Source: an uncultured bacterium (GTDB taxonomy: Bacteria; Verrucomicrobiota; Verrucomicrobiia; Limisphaerales; UBA8199). Taken from it: a stretch of 64,000 bases of DNA. Below, piece after piece: positions 9,943 to 20,000 of the stretch. Below the pieces are notes generated by a model that saw only the letters and a program-made list of their open reading frames with translations, had not been told where the DNA came from and did not search any database. The position numbers and the translations under genes were made by a program. How positions within the stretch are numbered: position 1 is the stretch's first letter; every line of letters starts with the position of its first letter. The DNA lies in assembly GCA_963749495.1 (NCBI GenBank), contig CAVVMW010000022.1, positions 288,001-352,000 on the forward strand, given 5' to 3'.

Positions 9943-10566
9943 TTAGAGTTCCGCCGCCTGACGGCGCACCCGCTCGAGGTCTATGTGTTTGGCGGCCAGG
10001 ACCATGAGCGGGTCCAGGTTGCCGCAGGCGGATGCGATGATTAACTGGCCCTCGTGCAGCACCATGATACAGGCCCTGGTCCGCCTGGGCGAAAGCCGTT
10101 TGCGCGGCACATACACGCTGACCAGGTCCTGGTCCTTGCACACGCCCACAACCCTGTGCCAGCCGCGGCCCGCCATGGCCCTGTCCAAGGTGGCCAGGAT
10201 TGAGGCCCGGTCCGCACACTGGGGCTCTGAGCGGAACTTGTAGATGCCGACCTCGGCGTTGCGCAGGCTCTCGAAAGCCGCGCGCGGCTCCGCGTCCATC
10301 GGAAAGAACCGCGAGCCCAGCCGCACCAGCCCCACGGTGAAGCCGCCGACATTCACCGCAATGGTCTTGTCCCAGCTCCCGCCGATCGAGCCCATCACGC
10401 TCCGGCGCATCGCGGCGGCATCGGGGCCGAGCCGAAAATAGCCCGTGACCGAATAGACACAAAAACCCGCCGCCAGGAACAGGCACGCCGGCACCAGGCA
10501 GGCCGCACTCATCCACCATGCCGCCCGGGGCGGTTCGTGCGCATTGATCAATATCTCCTTATTCAT
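9943..10566 (-). CDS. Membrane-anchored DUF4252-like hypothetical protein
   Basis: TM helix, then GWHRVVGVCKDQDLVSVYV, resembling GWERLVKVSKQDQDVAVYL of the adjacent gene. Confidence 0.6.
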   Translation of the reverse strand: MNKEILINAHEPPRAAWWMSAACLVPACLFLAAGFCVYSVTGYFRLGPDAAAMRRSVMGSIGGSWDKTIAVNVGGFTVGLVRLGSRFFPMDAEPRAAFESLRNAEVGIYKFRSEPQCADRASILATLDRAMAGRGWHRVVGVCKDQDLVSVYVPRKRLSPRRTRACIMVLHEGQLIIASACGNLDPLMVLAAKHIDLERVRRQAAEL

Positions 10567-10569
10567 GGC

Positions 10570-10678
10570 TTTGGACTATGGACTGTGGACTGCAGGATCT
10601 GAAATCTGAGATTTGGGATCTGAAATCTGATCCGGGGACTGTGGACTCTGGACTGTGGACTCTGGACTGTGGACTGGT
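10570..10678. repeat. Mixed heptamer arrays (TGGACTG and ATCTGAA types)
   Basis: Directly visible; they fill the whole intergenic space. Confidence 0.9.
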
Positions 10679-10680
10679 TT

Positions 10681-11250
10681 TCAGTGTCCGCCCATCTCGG
10701 ACATCTGTCCGAGCTTCTTGAGGGGATCGATGTGCAGGCGCTCCCCCAGAAGGGCCAATTGTTCGGGCTTAATGTCGCCCACGACATTCACGAAGATGGC
10801 CTGCTGGTCTTTATCCATGACCACGACTGCCAGGCCCTGCACCGCCTCGTCGCCGTGGGTCTTGAGATATACCGCGACATCCTGGTCCTGCTTAGACACC
10901 TTGACGAGCCGCTCCCAGCCCTTGCCTTCGAGGTCTTTGCGGACCTTCTGTGCCCGTTTCCGCACCTCGTCGCGGTTCTGATCGGTGAGGGCGATGACGT
11001 TCACATGGATGAGCTGGATGCGGCTGAGCAGCTTGGCCGCCTCCGGCTCCTGTTTCTCGACGAATTTTGCCGCCAGGCCAATCAGGCTGGCGGGCACGTT
11101 GATCTCGACAAACTCACTGGTCGAATCCGAAGGCGAGAAGTTGCCGAAATCCACCTCTCCCGGCAGCGGGCCCTCGGCGCGAGCGCTGGCCGCGGCCAAG
11201 GCGACCAGCGCAATCCCAAACACTAATGCGACCGACATGGTCTTCTTCAT
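10681..11250 (-). CDS. Secreted DUF4252 domain protein
   Basis: Signal peptide MKKTMSVALV...ASARA, EFVEINV, GWERLVKV and FVNVVGDIKPEQL motifs. Confidence 0.8.
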   Translation of the reverse strand: MKKTMSVALVFGIALVALAAASARAEGPLPGEVDFGNFSPSDSTSEFVEINVPASLIGLAAKFVEKQEPEAAKLLSRIQLIHVNVIALTDQNRDEVRKRAQKVRKDLEGKGWERLVKVSKQDQDVAVYLKTHGDEAVQGLAVVVMDKDQQAIFVNVVGDIKPEQLALLGERLHIDPLKKLGQMSEMGGH

Positions 11251-11372
11251 CTTGATCTCTTTGTTCATATTGTCCTTTGGGTCTGTTTGCATTTTTCGGG
11301 GCACGGCCTTTGCCATCCCCAGGCAATACCCGCCGGTGGGGCGGAAAGTTTCAGGGCAAAAGGATGACCGGC

Positions 11373-11431
11373 AAGGGACAAAAGGGACAAAAGGGACAAA
11401 AGGGACTCAAGGGACGCGAGGGACGCGAGGG
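11373..11431. repeat. Nonamer tandem repeat (AAGGGACAA-like) x6
   Basis: aagggacaaaagggacaaaagggactcaagggacgcgagggacgcgaggg; related array at 53985-54030. Confidence 0.85.
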
Positions 11432-11443
11432 GGCGCGCGGCCC

Positions 11444-12005
11444 TCACTCGCTGCGCCGGGTGCGCCGTTCCGGGGCGGGGTGCTCGCGCGCGTAAGGCTC
11501 GGAGTGCTGGGCGTGGGCCTGCCAATTCTCGGTGTATTTGGCGGCCAGGACCGGGTCGTTGATGAGCAGGAGGTTCTCTGCGTTCTTCTCCTCAGCCGCC
11601 CGGGTGAAATTGAAGGAACCGGTCAGGACGAGGCAGCCATCGATGATCATGATTTTGTTGTGGGCGATGGCGTGCTGAGCGTTGATGAGCGTAGGGATAT
11701 GATTGTCGGCCAGGAAATCGGCCTCGGAGGTACTTTTCCGTCCGCTGGCTTCCGTCCAGGATGACGCTCACCTTGACGGCGCGGCGCTGGGCCTGGACCA
11801 ATGCCCGGGCAATCGGGGCCGAGGTGAAGCTGTAGGCCTGGACCAGAACCACATTGGTCGCATGATCGAGGGCCTCGATCACGGCCTCGGTGGCGCCGCC
11901 CTTGGGCGAAAAATAGACCTGGACCCCTTGCGGGATGGAAGCGCGCGGCCCACACCCCGCCAGCAGCAACATCAGGCCCAACACCGCTAAAAGGATCGTC
12001 CTCAT
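11444..12005 (-). CDS. Phospholipase D-family (Nuc-like) lipoprotein nuclease; +1 frameshift at ~11729
   Basis: Lipobox LAGC, VYFSPKGG, QAYSFTS and a single HKD motif HNKIMIIDGCLVLTGSFN, KNAEN. Confidence 0.9.
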
Positions 12006-12007
12006 AG

Positions 12008-12205
12008 CCAAAGGCTAAAGGCTAACGCCCAAAGGCTAAAGGCTAAAGGCTGAAAAACAGTCCACAGTCCACAGTCCACAGTCAGGGAGACGGAGGCTCA
12101 GGGGCGAGATTCGAGGGACGAATGACCAATGACGCGAGGAGTCTGCGCTCTGGATCTCGCTTCGCTCGATGGTCTATGGACTGTGGACTGTGGACTGTGG
12201 ACTGT
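12008..12205. repeat. Composite heptamer arrays (GGCTAAA)n, (GTCCACA)n and inverted (TGTGGAC)n between divergent genes
   Basis: Directly visible. Confidence 0.9.
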
Positions 12206-12328
12206 GCCTTTGGCCTTTACAGACGGGGCCAGATCTGCAACGGTTTGAGCATGTAGCGTTCCCTCCGGGCGCCAGCCTGCGAGAGCGGACTGCGAAGAAC
12301 GCAATTTTTGCAAAACACAGAATCGAGA

Positions 12329-13603
12329 ATGAATACCGTGACCTCACTCAAAACCGTCAAAGGCAACACCAAGTCCATCGTCGAAGCGGAGCTGTCGCGC
12401 ACCGGGGGCGTCCTGCGGTTGGCGCCCAACTGGGTGCCCCGCTCGTTCCTGCAGCCGGGCCTGCGCATCAAGCTGCACCCGGACGACACTTACGCCTACG
12501 GGGCGAACCGGGGCGGCATTGACGAACGCTGGTTCGCCTCCACCACCGAGGCCGCCAACGAAGGGCGCGTCCCCGACGAGGGCCTGAGCTATTGCGTCGC
12601 CGGCAAGGAACGGTTCACCTTGCGCAAGGCCGTCGAGGATTCCGGGGCCGCCTTGGTCGGCAACGCCATCTGGAAAAAGTACGGCCGCTGGCCGGTCTAT
12701 TCGAAGTTCTTCGACAACATGGGACCGATTCCCCACCACATGCACCAGAACGCCAGCCAGGCCAAGCTCGTCGGCCAGGAAGGCAAACCCGAGGCCTATT
12801 ATTTCCCGCCCCAGCAAAACAACGTCGGCGATAACTTCCCCTACACCTTCTTCGGCCTGGAGCCGGGCACGACCAAGGCCCAGGTGCGCAAGTGCCTCGA
12901 GGATTGGAACAAGGGCGACAATGGCATCCTTGACCTCTCGAAGGCCTATCGGCTCAAGCCCGGCACGGGCTGGCTGGTGGGCCCTTGCATCCTCCACGCC
13001 CCCGGCTCGCTCTGCACCTACGAGCCTCAATGGGGCAGCGACGTCTTCGGCATGTACCAAAGCATGGTCGAGGGCCGCTACGTCCCCTGGGACCTCCTGG
13101 TCAAGGACATGCCCAAGAGCAAACACAAGGACCTGGACTTCATCGTGGACCAGCTCGATTGGGAGGCCAACCTCGACCCGAGTTTCAAGGACCACCATTA
13201 CCTGGAACCGGTCCCGGTGGCCGGCGCGGCCAACAATGGCTGCGTGGATCGGTGGGTTGTTTATGGCAAGATCAACGGCGAACAGCTCTTCAGCGCCAAA
13301 GAACTGACCGTCGCCGCAGGCCAGAAATGCACCGCCAAAGACAACGGCGCCTACGGCCTGATTTGCGTCCAGGGTGTGGGCAAGATCAATGGCCAGCCCC
13401 TCAACACCCCCAAGCTCATCCGCTTCACGGAGTTGACCGAGGACGAGTACTTCTGTTCGGAGGACGGCGCGCGGGCGGGTGTGACGTTCGAAAACGCCAG
13501 CCAAACCGAGCCATTAGTCTGCCTGCGCTACTTTGGACCGGAGGTCAACCCCGAGGCGCCGGAGGTTGGGGCATACAAAAAGGCGGCAGCGCGGCGGGCG
13601 TAG
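12329..13603 (+). CDS. Bicupin, phosphomannose-isomerase-like hypothetical protein
   Basis: ERWFAST, KFFDNMGPIPHHMH, GKPEAYYF, LHAPG and YEPQWGSD match the type I PMI-like metal-binding pattern. Confidence 0.7.
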   Translation: MNTVTSLKTVKGNTKSIVEAELSRTGGVLRLAPNWVPRSFLQPGLRIKLHPDDTYAYGANRGGIDERWFASTTEAANEGRVPDEGLSYCVAGKERFTLRKAVEDSGAALVGNAIWKKYGRWPVYSKFFDNMGPIPHHMHQNASQAKLVGQEGKPEAYYFPPQQNNVGDNFPYTFFGLEPGTTKAQVRKCLEDWNKGDNGILDLSKAYRLKPGTGWLVGPCILHAPGSLCTYEPQWGSDVFGMYQSMVEGRYVPWDLLVKDMPKSKHKDLDFIVDQLDWEANLDPSFKDHHYLEPVPVAGAANNGCVDRWVVYGKINGEQLFSAKELTVAAGQKCTAKDNGAYGLICVQGVGKINGQPLNTPKLIRFTELTEDEYFCSEDGARAGVTFENASQTEPLVCLRYFGPEVNPEAPEVGAYKKAAARRA

Positions 13604-13676
13604 TCAGTCCACAGTCCACAGTCCACAGTCCAGAGTCGTTCGGGCGCGCGTCCAAATCCTGAGGCCGGATTTATTC

Positions 13677-13796
13677 AGAGCCTGTCCCAAAAGCTCTGAT
13701 TCCGGACCTTTGTCGCAGCCTTTGTCGGGACCTTTGTCGGATTGGGCCGGCCTCGACAAAGGTTGCCCATTCGCGCGGTTTGTGGGACTGGCTCTA
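13677..13796. mobile_element. MITE-like element with imperfect TIRs enclosing 12-mer palindromic array copy 4; preceded by (GTCCACA)4 at 13604-13634
   Basis: AGAGCCTGTCCCAAAA ... TTTGTGGGACTGGCTCTA; the glgA stop TAG lies in the right end. Confidence 0.6.
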
Positions 13797-15260
13797 TCTT
13801 GGGACCTCCGTCTGCCGCTTGGCGGCGGCGAGATAAACGGCGGCGTATTCTTCGGCGGCGCGGTCCCAGGAGAAGTCGGCGCTCATGGCGTTGGCGCGGA
13901 AATGGCGGAGCAGGTCCGGCTCGCGGAAGAGTTCGAGGGCCTTGCGGATGGCCTTGGCCAGGGCGGAAGTGGCGTAGTGGGTGAACTTGATGCCGTCAGC
14001 GCGCGCCGGGTCGTCGCGGATGTCGATGACGGTGTCGTTGAGGCCGCCGGTGGCGCGGACGATCGGGATGGTGCCGTAGCGGAGGCTGTACATCTGGTTG
14101 AGGCCGCAGGGTTCGAAGCGTGAGGGCATCAAAAAGAAATCGCACCCGGCCTCGATGCGGTGCGAGAGACCTTCGTCGAAGCCGATGCGCACGGCCACTT
14201 GGGAGGCAAAGCGCTGCGCCAGGACCTGGTAGGCGTGCTCGAAGGCGGGGCAGCCTGTGCCCAGGACAACAAACTGGAGATTGGCGCCGAGCATCTCTTC
14301 GAGGGCGCCCAGGATGAGATCGACGCCCTTCTGCTCGACGAGCCGGCCGACGTTGCCGAAGAGCGGCGCGCCCGGGTCGGGAGGCAGACCCAACTCCTTC
14401 TGCAGCGCGGTTTTGTCGGCCGCCTTGCCGCTGAGGTCCTGGCTGGTGTAGGGGTGAGGGAGAAATGGGTTGCCCAGCGTCTTCCATTCCTCGTGATCCA
14501 CGCGGTTCAGGATGCCGAAGAGCAGGTCCCGCCGTTTGCGCAACAGGCCGTCCAGCCCGCACCCCAGTTCTGCAGTGGTGATCTCCCGCGCGTGCGTGGG
14601 GCTGACGGTGGTGATGACGTCGGCATAAGCAATGCCGGCCTTCAGGCAGTTAACCTGGCCGTAGAACTCGACGCCGTCCGGGGTGAAATAGTCCCAGGGC
14701 AGGTTGGCCAGGGCATACTGGCTGGGCGGGAGCAGGCCCTGGTAGGCGAGGTTATGAATGGTCATGCAGATCCGGGGCCCGTCTTTCAATTGGGCCAACC
14801 GCCGCTGGTGATGAAGGAAGAGCGCGGCAAAACCGGCTTGCCAGTCGTTGAGGTGCAGTATCTGCGGTTGCCAGGGCAGGCGCGTGGCCAAGTGTGCGAT
14901 TGCCTTCGAGAAAAACATGAAACGCTCGGCGTTGTCCGGGTAATCCACGCCGTGCTGCGTGTAGAGAGAGGAGCGTTGATAGAGCTGGGGTTGGTCGATG
15001 AAATAGATGGTCAGTCTTGGGGCTGGTTCCAAGGCCCAGACCTCGCCGCGAAGCCGGCCCAGGCCCAGCGGCAAATCCAGGGGCATGGCCACCGGCGTAA
15101 CTCCTGGGAACCGCTCGCGAATGCCCTGGTAGAGGGGGGTGACAATCCCGACCTGGTGCCCGGCCTTTGCCAGCGCCTTGCCCAGGCCCGCCGCCATGTC
15201 GGCCAAGCCGCCGGTCTTCGAGTAGGGATGCAGTTCGCTACTGGCGAGAAGGAGCCTCAT
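13794..15260 (-). CDS. glgA: Glycogen synthase
   Basis: MRLLLASSELHPYSKTGGLAD, HLNDWQ, TIHNLAYQG, RLVEQKG, PSRFEPCGLNQMY. Confidence 0.97.
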   Translation of the reverse strand: MRLLLASSELHPYSKTGGLADMAAGLGKALAKAGHQVGIVTPLYQGIRERFPGVTPVAMPLDLPLGLGRLRGEVWALEPAPRLTIYFIDQPQLYQRSSLYTQHGVDYPDNAERFMFFSKAIAHLATRLPWQPQILHLNDWQAGFAALFLHHQRRLAQLKDGPRICMTIHNLAYQGLLPPSQYALANLPWDYFTPDGVEFYGQVNCLKAGIAYADVITTVSPTHAREITTAELGCGLDGLLRKRRDLLFGILNRVDHEEWKTLGNPFLPHPYTSQDLSGKAADKTALQKELGLPPDPGAPLFGNVGRLVEQKGVDLILGALEEMLGANLQFVVLGTGCPAFEHAYQVLAQRFASQVAVRIGFDEGLSHRIEAGCDFFLMPSRFEPCGLNQMYSLRYGTIPIVRATGGLNDTVIDIRDDPARADGIKFTHYATSALAKAIRKALELFREPDLLRHFRANAMSADFSWDRAAEEYAAVYLAAAKRQTEVPR

Positions 15261-15261
15261 G

Positions 15262-15486
15262 GAGTGCGGAGGGCGGAATGACGAATGACGAATGACGAAT
15301 GACGAATGACGAATGACGAATGACGAATGACGAATGACGAATGACGAATGACGAACGAACGAAGTGCGGAGTGCGGAGTGCGGAATCCCTCGGAGGAAGG
15401 ACGGCACGGACGAGGGGCAGAATCCGGGTTGGCTGCGGCCGGTCTGACGCGTCCGACCCGTCTGACCGGTCTGACCCGTCCGACGC
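15262..15486. repeat. (GAATGAC)11 with flanking (GCGGAGT)n and a nonamer (GTCTGACCC-like) array between serS and glgA
   Basis: 15276-15352 holds 11 heptamer units; nonamers at ~15440-15486. Confidence 0.95.
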
Positions 15487-15504
15487 GGGTGCGAGGCGCA
15501 GGGC

Positions 15505-16806
15505 TCAAGGGCCAATCCTTTCGGCCTTGAGATAGCTTTGGAGCGGGGCCGGGATTACGAGGGCGCCGTCGGGTTGCTGACAGGTCTCGACCAGGGCCAC
15601 GAAGAGGCGGGCCAGGGCAGTGCCGCTGCCGTTGAGCAGGTGCGGGAAGCGGTTTTCGCCCGACTCGCTCTTGAACCGGAGGTTCATGCGCCGGGCCTGA
15701 AAATCCTCGCAATTGGAGACACTGGACACTTCGAGGTAGTTGCCCTGGCCCGGGGCCCAGACCTCGATGTCGTAGGTCTTGGCGCTGGCGAAGCCCATGT
15801 CGCCGGCGCAGAGCAGGACCACGCGGTAGTGCAGGCCCAGCAATTGGAGCACGCGCTCGGCATCGGCCAGCATCTTCTCGTGCTCGGCGTAGCTCTCCTC
15901 CGGCTTGACGATCTTGATCAACTCGACCTTGTCGAACTGGTGGACGCGAATCATGCCGCGCGTGCCGACCCCGGCGGCGCCGGCCTCACCGCGAAAACAG
16001 GGGGTATAAGCGCAGTAATAGATCGGCAACTGCCGCTCGGCGAGGATCTCCTCGCGGTGGATATTGGCGACGGGCGTCTCGGCTGTGGGGATGAGGTAGA
16101 GCTTGCCCAGCGTCGAGGCGTCCAAGCCCTCCTGGACCGCGTAATACTGGTCGGCAAACTTGGGGAATTGCCCGACGCCTTCCAGGCATTGCGGCCCGAC
16201 CATGAAGGGCGGCGAGACTTCCACGTAGCCGTGCTGGAGGGTGTGGAGGTCCAGGAGGAATTGGATGAGCGCCCGCTCCAGCCGCGCGCCCCAGTTGGTG
16301 TAGAGCACAAAACCGCTGCCCGAGAGCTTGGCCGCGCGCGCGAAATTGACCAACCCCAGGCCCTCGCACAGTTCGACGTGGGACTTGGGCTGGAATGAAA
16401 AGGCCGGCTTGTCGCCATGGACACGCACGACCGGGTTGTCCTGGGCGCTGCGGCCCGGCGGCACCGATTCGTGAGGCAGATTGGGCAGCCGCAGCATCAA
16501 CTGGCTGCGGGCCGCCTCGGCGCCCGCCGCCTGCTGGTCCAGGTGCGCGATCCGGGCCCCCAGTTCGCGTGTCTCTTGCTTCTTGGCCTCCGCCTCGGCC
16601 ACTTTCTTCTGGCCCATGAGCGCGCCGATCTCGCGCGACACACGGTTGCGCTGGGCCTTGAGCGACTCCACCTGGTGCAGGGCCTGGCGCCGCTGCTCGT
16701 CGAGCCGGAGCAGTTCATCAATGCGGGCTTCATCCCCCGCCCCCCGGCCCGCCAGGCGTTGGCGTACAAAATCCGGCTTCTCCCGAATCAACTTGATATC
16801 CAACAT
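15505..16806 (-). CDS. serS: Serine--tRNA ligase
   Basis: MLDIKLIRE, LPNLPH, LIPTAE, FRGEAG...RVHQFDKVEL, EVSSVSNC, LNGSGTA. Confidence 0.98.
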   Translation of the reverse strand: MLDIKLIREKPDFVRQRLAGRGAGDEARIDELLRLDEQRRQALHQVESLKAQRNRVSREIGALMGQKKVAEAEAKKQETRELGARIAHLDQQAAGAEAARSQLMLRLPNLPHESVPPGRSAQDNPVVRVHGDKPAFSFQPKSHVELCEGLGLVNFARAAKLSGSGFVLYTNWGARLERALIQFLLDLHTLQHGYVEVSPPFMVGPQCLEGVGQFPKFADQYYAVQEGLDASTLGKLYLIPTAETPVANIHREEILAERQLPIYYCAYTPCFRGEAGAAGVGTRGMIRVHQFDKVELIKIVKPEESYAEHEKMLADAERVLQLLGLHYRVVLLCAGDMGFASAKTYDIEVWAPGQGNYLEVSSVSNCEDFQARRMNLRFKSESGENRFPHLLNGSGTALARLFVALVETCQQPDGALVIPAPLQSYLKAERIGP

Positions 16807-16812
16807 CGCGTC

Positions 16813-16840
16813 ATTATAAGCGCCGCCTATCCCCGGGCAA
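16813..16840 (-). promoter_or_regulatory. Sigma70-type promoter of serS, probably leaderless
   Basis: TTGCCC-N16-TATAAT on the minus strand; -10 ends 6 nt before the ATG and no Shine-Dalgarno is present. Confidence 0.6.
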
Positions 16841-16957
16841 GGGGGAAGGGGGGGATGACGAATGACGAATGACGAATGACAAATGGCGAATGACTACTGA
16901 CCAGAATCCTCTGCAATGATTCTGCCAACAATGATTCTGCCTTGTTCCATCTTGCCG

Positions 16958-16994
16958 AAAAAAAACCTCCGGGTGCCGACGGGGCACCCGGAGG
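16958..16994 (-). terminator. Intrinsic terminator of the large LamG/PA14 gene
   Basis: 12-bp stem CCTCCGGGTGCC/GGCACCCGGAGG followed on the minus strand by an 8-nt U tract. Confidence 0.85.
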
Positions 16995-17067
16995 ACGTTC
17001 TGCTATAACAGCCGGTCAAGGAGGCGCGGCGCGGTGGCCGGCCTCGTGGACTGAATCAGGTCCTATT

Positions 17068-20000
17068 TCATTTCTTGTGCAGCCGGTAGAGCATGCCCGG
17101 ACCAGTGTGAACCAGCGGCACGGTCGTGAAGACCGTGGTGGTGGTAGTCTGGAGCGTGGCCGTAGAGGTCACCCACGCGGGCGGCGAGAGGCTGGGGGTT
17201 TGCTCCAACGCGTAGCTGGCGACCGTGAGCGGGGCGGGCGGCAACGGCCAGACCAGCTTGAGGGTGTTGGCGTCGGTCAGCCCGAAAGTAATCGGCAGCG
17301 CCACGGTGAGCGAAGCGACGGAAGAGGTCGCGGAAGCACCCGGAGAATAGACGATGCAACGGTAATCTGTTCCGCTGTCCGCCAGGGAGGCGTTGAAGGT
17401 GTAAGTCGGGCTATAGGCGCCGACAACGTCGGCGAAGCCCGAGCCGGTGTTCTCTTGCCAGAAGTAGCTCATGATCTGGTTGGGCTGGAACTGGTACGTG
17501 GACTCGGCCCCGACCGTAAAGGAGACAGTGACCGGCGGAGCTGCGCCGACGGTCACCTGGAGGGCAGAGATTTCCCAGTTGGGCTCGGTCCCTTCAGCGC
17601 CCTCGTCCCAAGAGGCGAGGAACTCCAGTTGGAGGGTGTCGCCGACGTTGAACGAGCCGAGCCTGGCAAGGCTGGTGATCATGGCGCCGGTGCTATAGCC
17701 TGGGGAATCGCCGATGAAGCCAGCATTGGTCCAGCCCGGCGTGGTGGTGAGGTTGGGATAGACGGTGCCCTGGATAGCCCCCTCGTAACCATTCTGGAAG
17801 AAGTTAAGCGACGGGACCGTGCCAAACGCCCCGCCATTGACGCTGAGCCGGACCTGTCCGCCATCGTAAGCCTTATCGCTGAGTTCGAAGCTGTGCCGAT
17901 GTGTGAAGCTCAGCACGACCGGGGCGGCGTTGGTGATGTGGATGACGGTGCTGTGGAGGCCTGACGCGAATGGGCCCGGGTAACCGAGGCTGGCGGCCGG
18001 GCCGTGGTTGGTCCAGCTTCCCGAGACCGCGGCATAGGACCATGGCCCCACCGGGTTGCCGTAGTTGGTCACGGTGAAACCCCCATCGCCGGCGCTGAAA
18101 TTAATGTCCAGCACGGTCTTGGGGTCGCCTGCCAGATAGGCGGTGGCAATGCTCGCGGGCTGTTGCGTAATGGTGACGCTGGCGCCCAGCGGGTCGGCCA
18201 TCAGACCGACGTAGGCCGGGGGAATCGGCGGCAGCGCGTCCGGGCTGCCCGGATCGGTGTCGAGTTTGAATGCCGCTTGCACATAATCGCCGCCACCGCC
18301 TTCCCGGTGGAGCGTTTCGATATCGTACTGCTGTCCGCCGATCAAGGGCACGGCGCCCAAGTTCGTGTTCGAATGCGCTGAGAAGCCCTCGCAGCACCCG
18401 GTCTCCTCGGCCTGGATCGTGCTGCCCAGCGGGTCTGTGCCCGCCGAATTGAGGTACAATTGCGACCAATCGTCGCTCCTGATGTAGAAGTAATAATTGC
18501 CCGTGGCGGGTGGAACGAACAAGCCGGTGATGTGATCGCCATAGCCACAGTGGTTGTCGTTGGGGAAGATAGACCGGCTATCCAACCCGATGACGAAGCT
18601 GGTGAAGTCCGGGGAGTCGGGGTAGCGCGGGTCGCTGGTCAAGAGGGACATGCTGGTGTCACTCGTGGAGAGGCCGCCGAAGAAGTCCCACTTCAGGAAG
18701 CCGCGGCTGAACAAAAAGGCCTCGCCCGGGGCGGTGGCGCTGGCCAGGGTGTTGCCCGCCGAGTCTTGCACGCCCTGGACAGTCAGGGTGAAGGTCTGCC
18801 CGGAGGTCATCGGTTTGTCCAGCGTCAGGACGACGTTGGTTCCGGTCGAGTCCAGCACCGCGCTGGTGACGGTGAAGCCCGGGATGGTGAACGCGGCAGC
18901 GCTCGGGTTGGCCTGCATCCTCTCGCTGAAGCCGACGGTCAGGGTGTTCATCGCCTTGGAGCCATGGATGACCACGACCGCCGGCGGTGTGGTGTCCGCG
19001 GTGACGGTCAGCGTGGCCGCCGGGCTGGTGGCCACGGAGCCGACCTTCGAGACCTTGACGGTGAACTGGGCGTTGTTATCCGAGCTGGCCGCGATGAAGG
19101 AGTAGAACGTCGTCGTCGCGCCCGCGATGGCGGCGCCGTTGCGGTACCGCTGGTAGAACATGGACAGGCCGGCGGGGTTGCTGGCGGTGGCGGAGAGGGT
19201 CACGGGGTGATTTGCCGCCACGGAGAGGCTGCTGGGGCCAGTCAGGAGGATGGGGCCGCCCACGTCGGCCGGGGCATAGGGATAGCAGACGGCGGGGCCG
19301 GCGAGGGATGCAGGATCGATGACCGTGTTGGGAGTGCCGAGAGTTGGGCTGCCGGTGCCATCCAGCCGGGCGGCCACTTTGACGTAATCGCCCCCGCCGC
19401 CCTCCTTGTGGAGGGTCTCGATGTAGTAGCCCTGGCCCGCAATTAGCGGGAGCGCCGCCGAGTAGATCATGTTCCAGTCCTCGCAGCAACCGGCTTCCTG
19501 TGCGATCAGGGTCATGCCGGCGGCATCGGGGCCGTTGGGATTGAGGAAGAGCTGCGAGGAGTCGTCGCTGCGGGCGAAGAAGACCCAATTCCCCGAAACC
19601 GGCGGCACGAACAGGCCGCTAATGCGGGTTCCGTAGTTGTCATGCGTGTCATCCGGGAACACGGCACGCGTGTCGAAGACCGTCAGGTTGGTGGTTGCGT
19701 TCGGAAAGTCGGGGAAGAACACCGAGTCTCCGGTCAACGCGGCGACAACGGTGCCCTCGATGTTCGGGTAGTACTCCCAGTAAAGCCCGTTGGCCGGGCT
19801 GGTGACCCAGGCGGTGAACGGAGCGGAGTTGTTGGCCAGCGGATTGCCGACGCCGTCGGTGATGCCGGTCAAGGTGACCGTGTAGGCCTGGCCTGGGGTC
19901 TGGGCGGAAGTGGTGAGGGCCACGTTCAGGTTGTTGTTCGAGAAGCTCGCGGCCGAGACCGTGAGGGTATGCTGGCCGTCCGAGATCGTGTAATTGGCCG

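Noticed and set aside
11444..12005. PLD nuclease as part of an antiphage system
   Set aside because: It has a lipoprotein signal and no helicase or methylase neighbours, which fits an ordinary exported Nuc-like nuclease.
15261..15515. N-terminal FVIRHSS-repeat extension of GlgA (likewise Gfo 29314-29505)
   Set aside because: This is a translation of intergenic heptamer arrays; canonical starts lie at 15260 and 29313.
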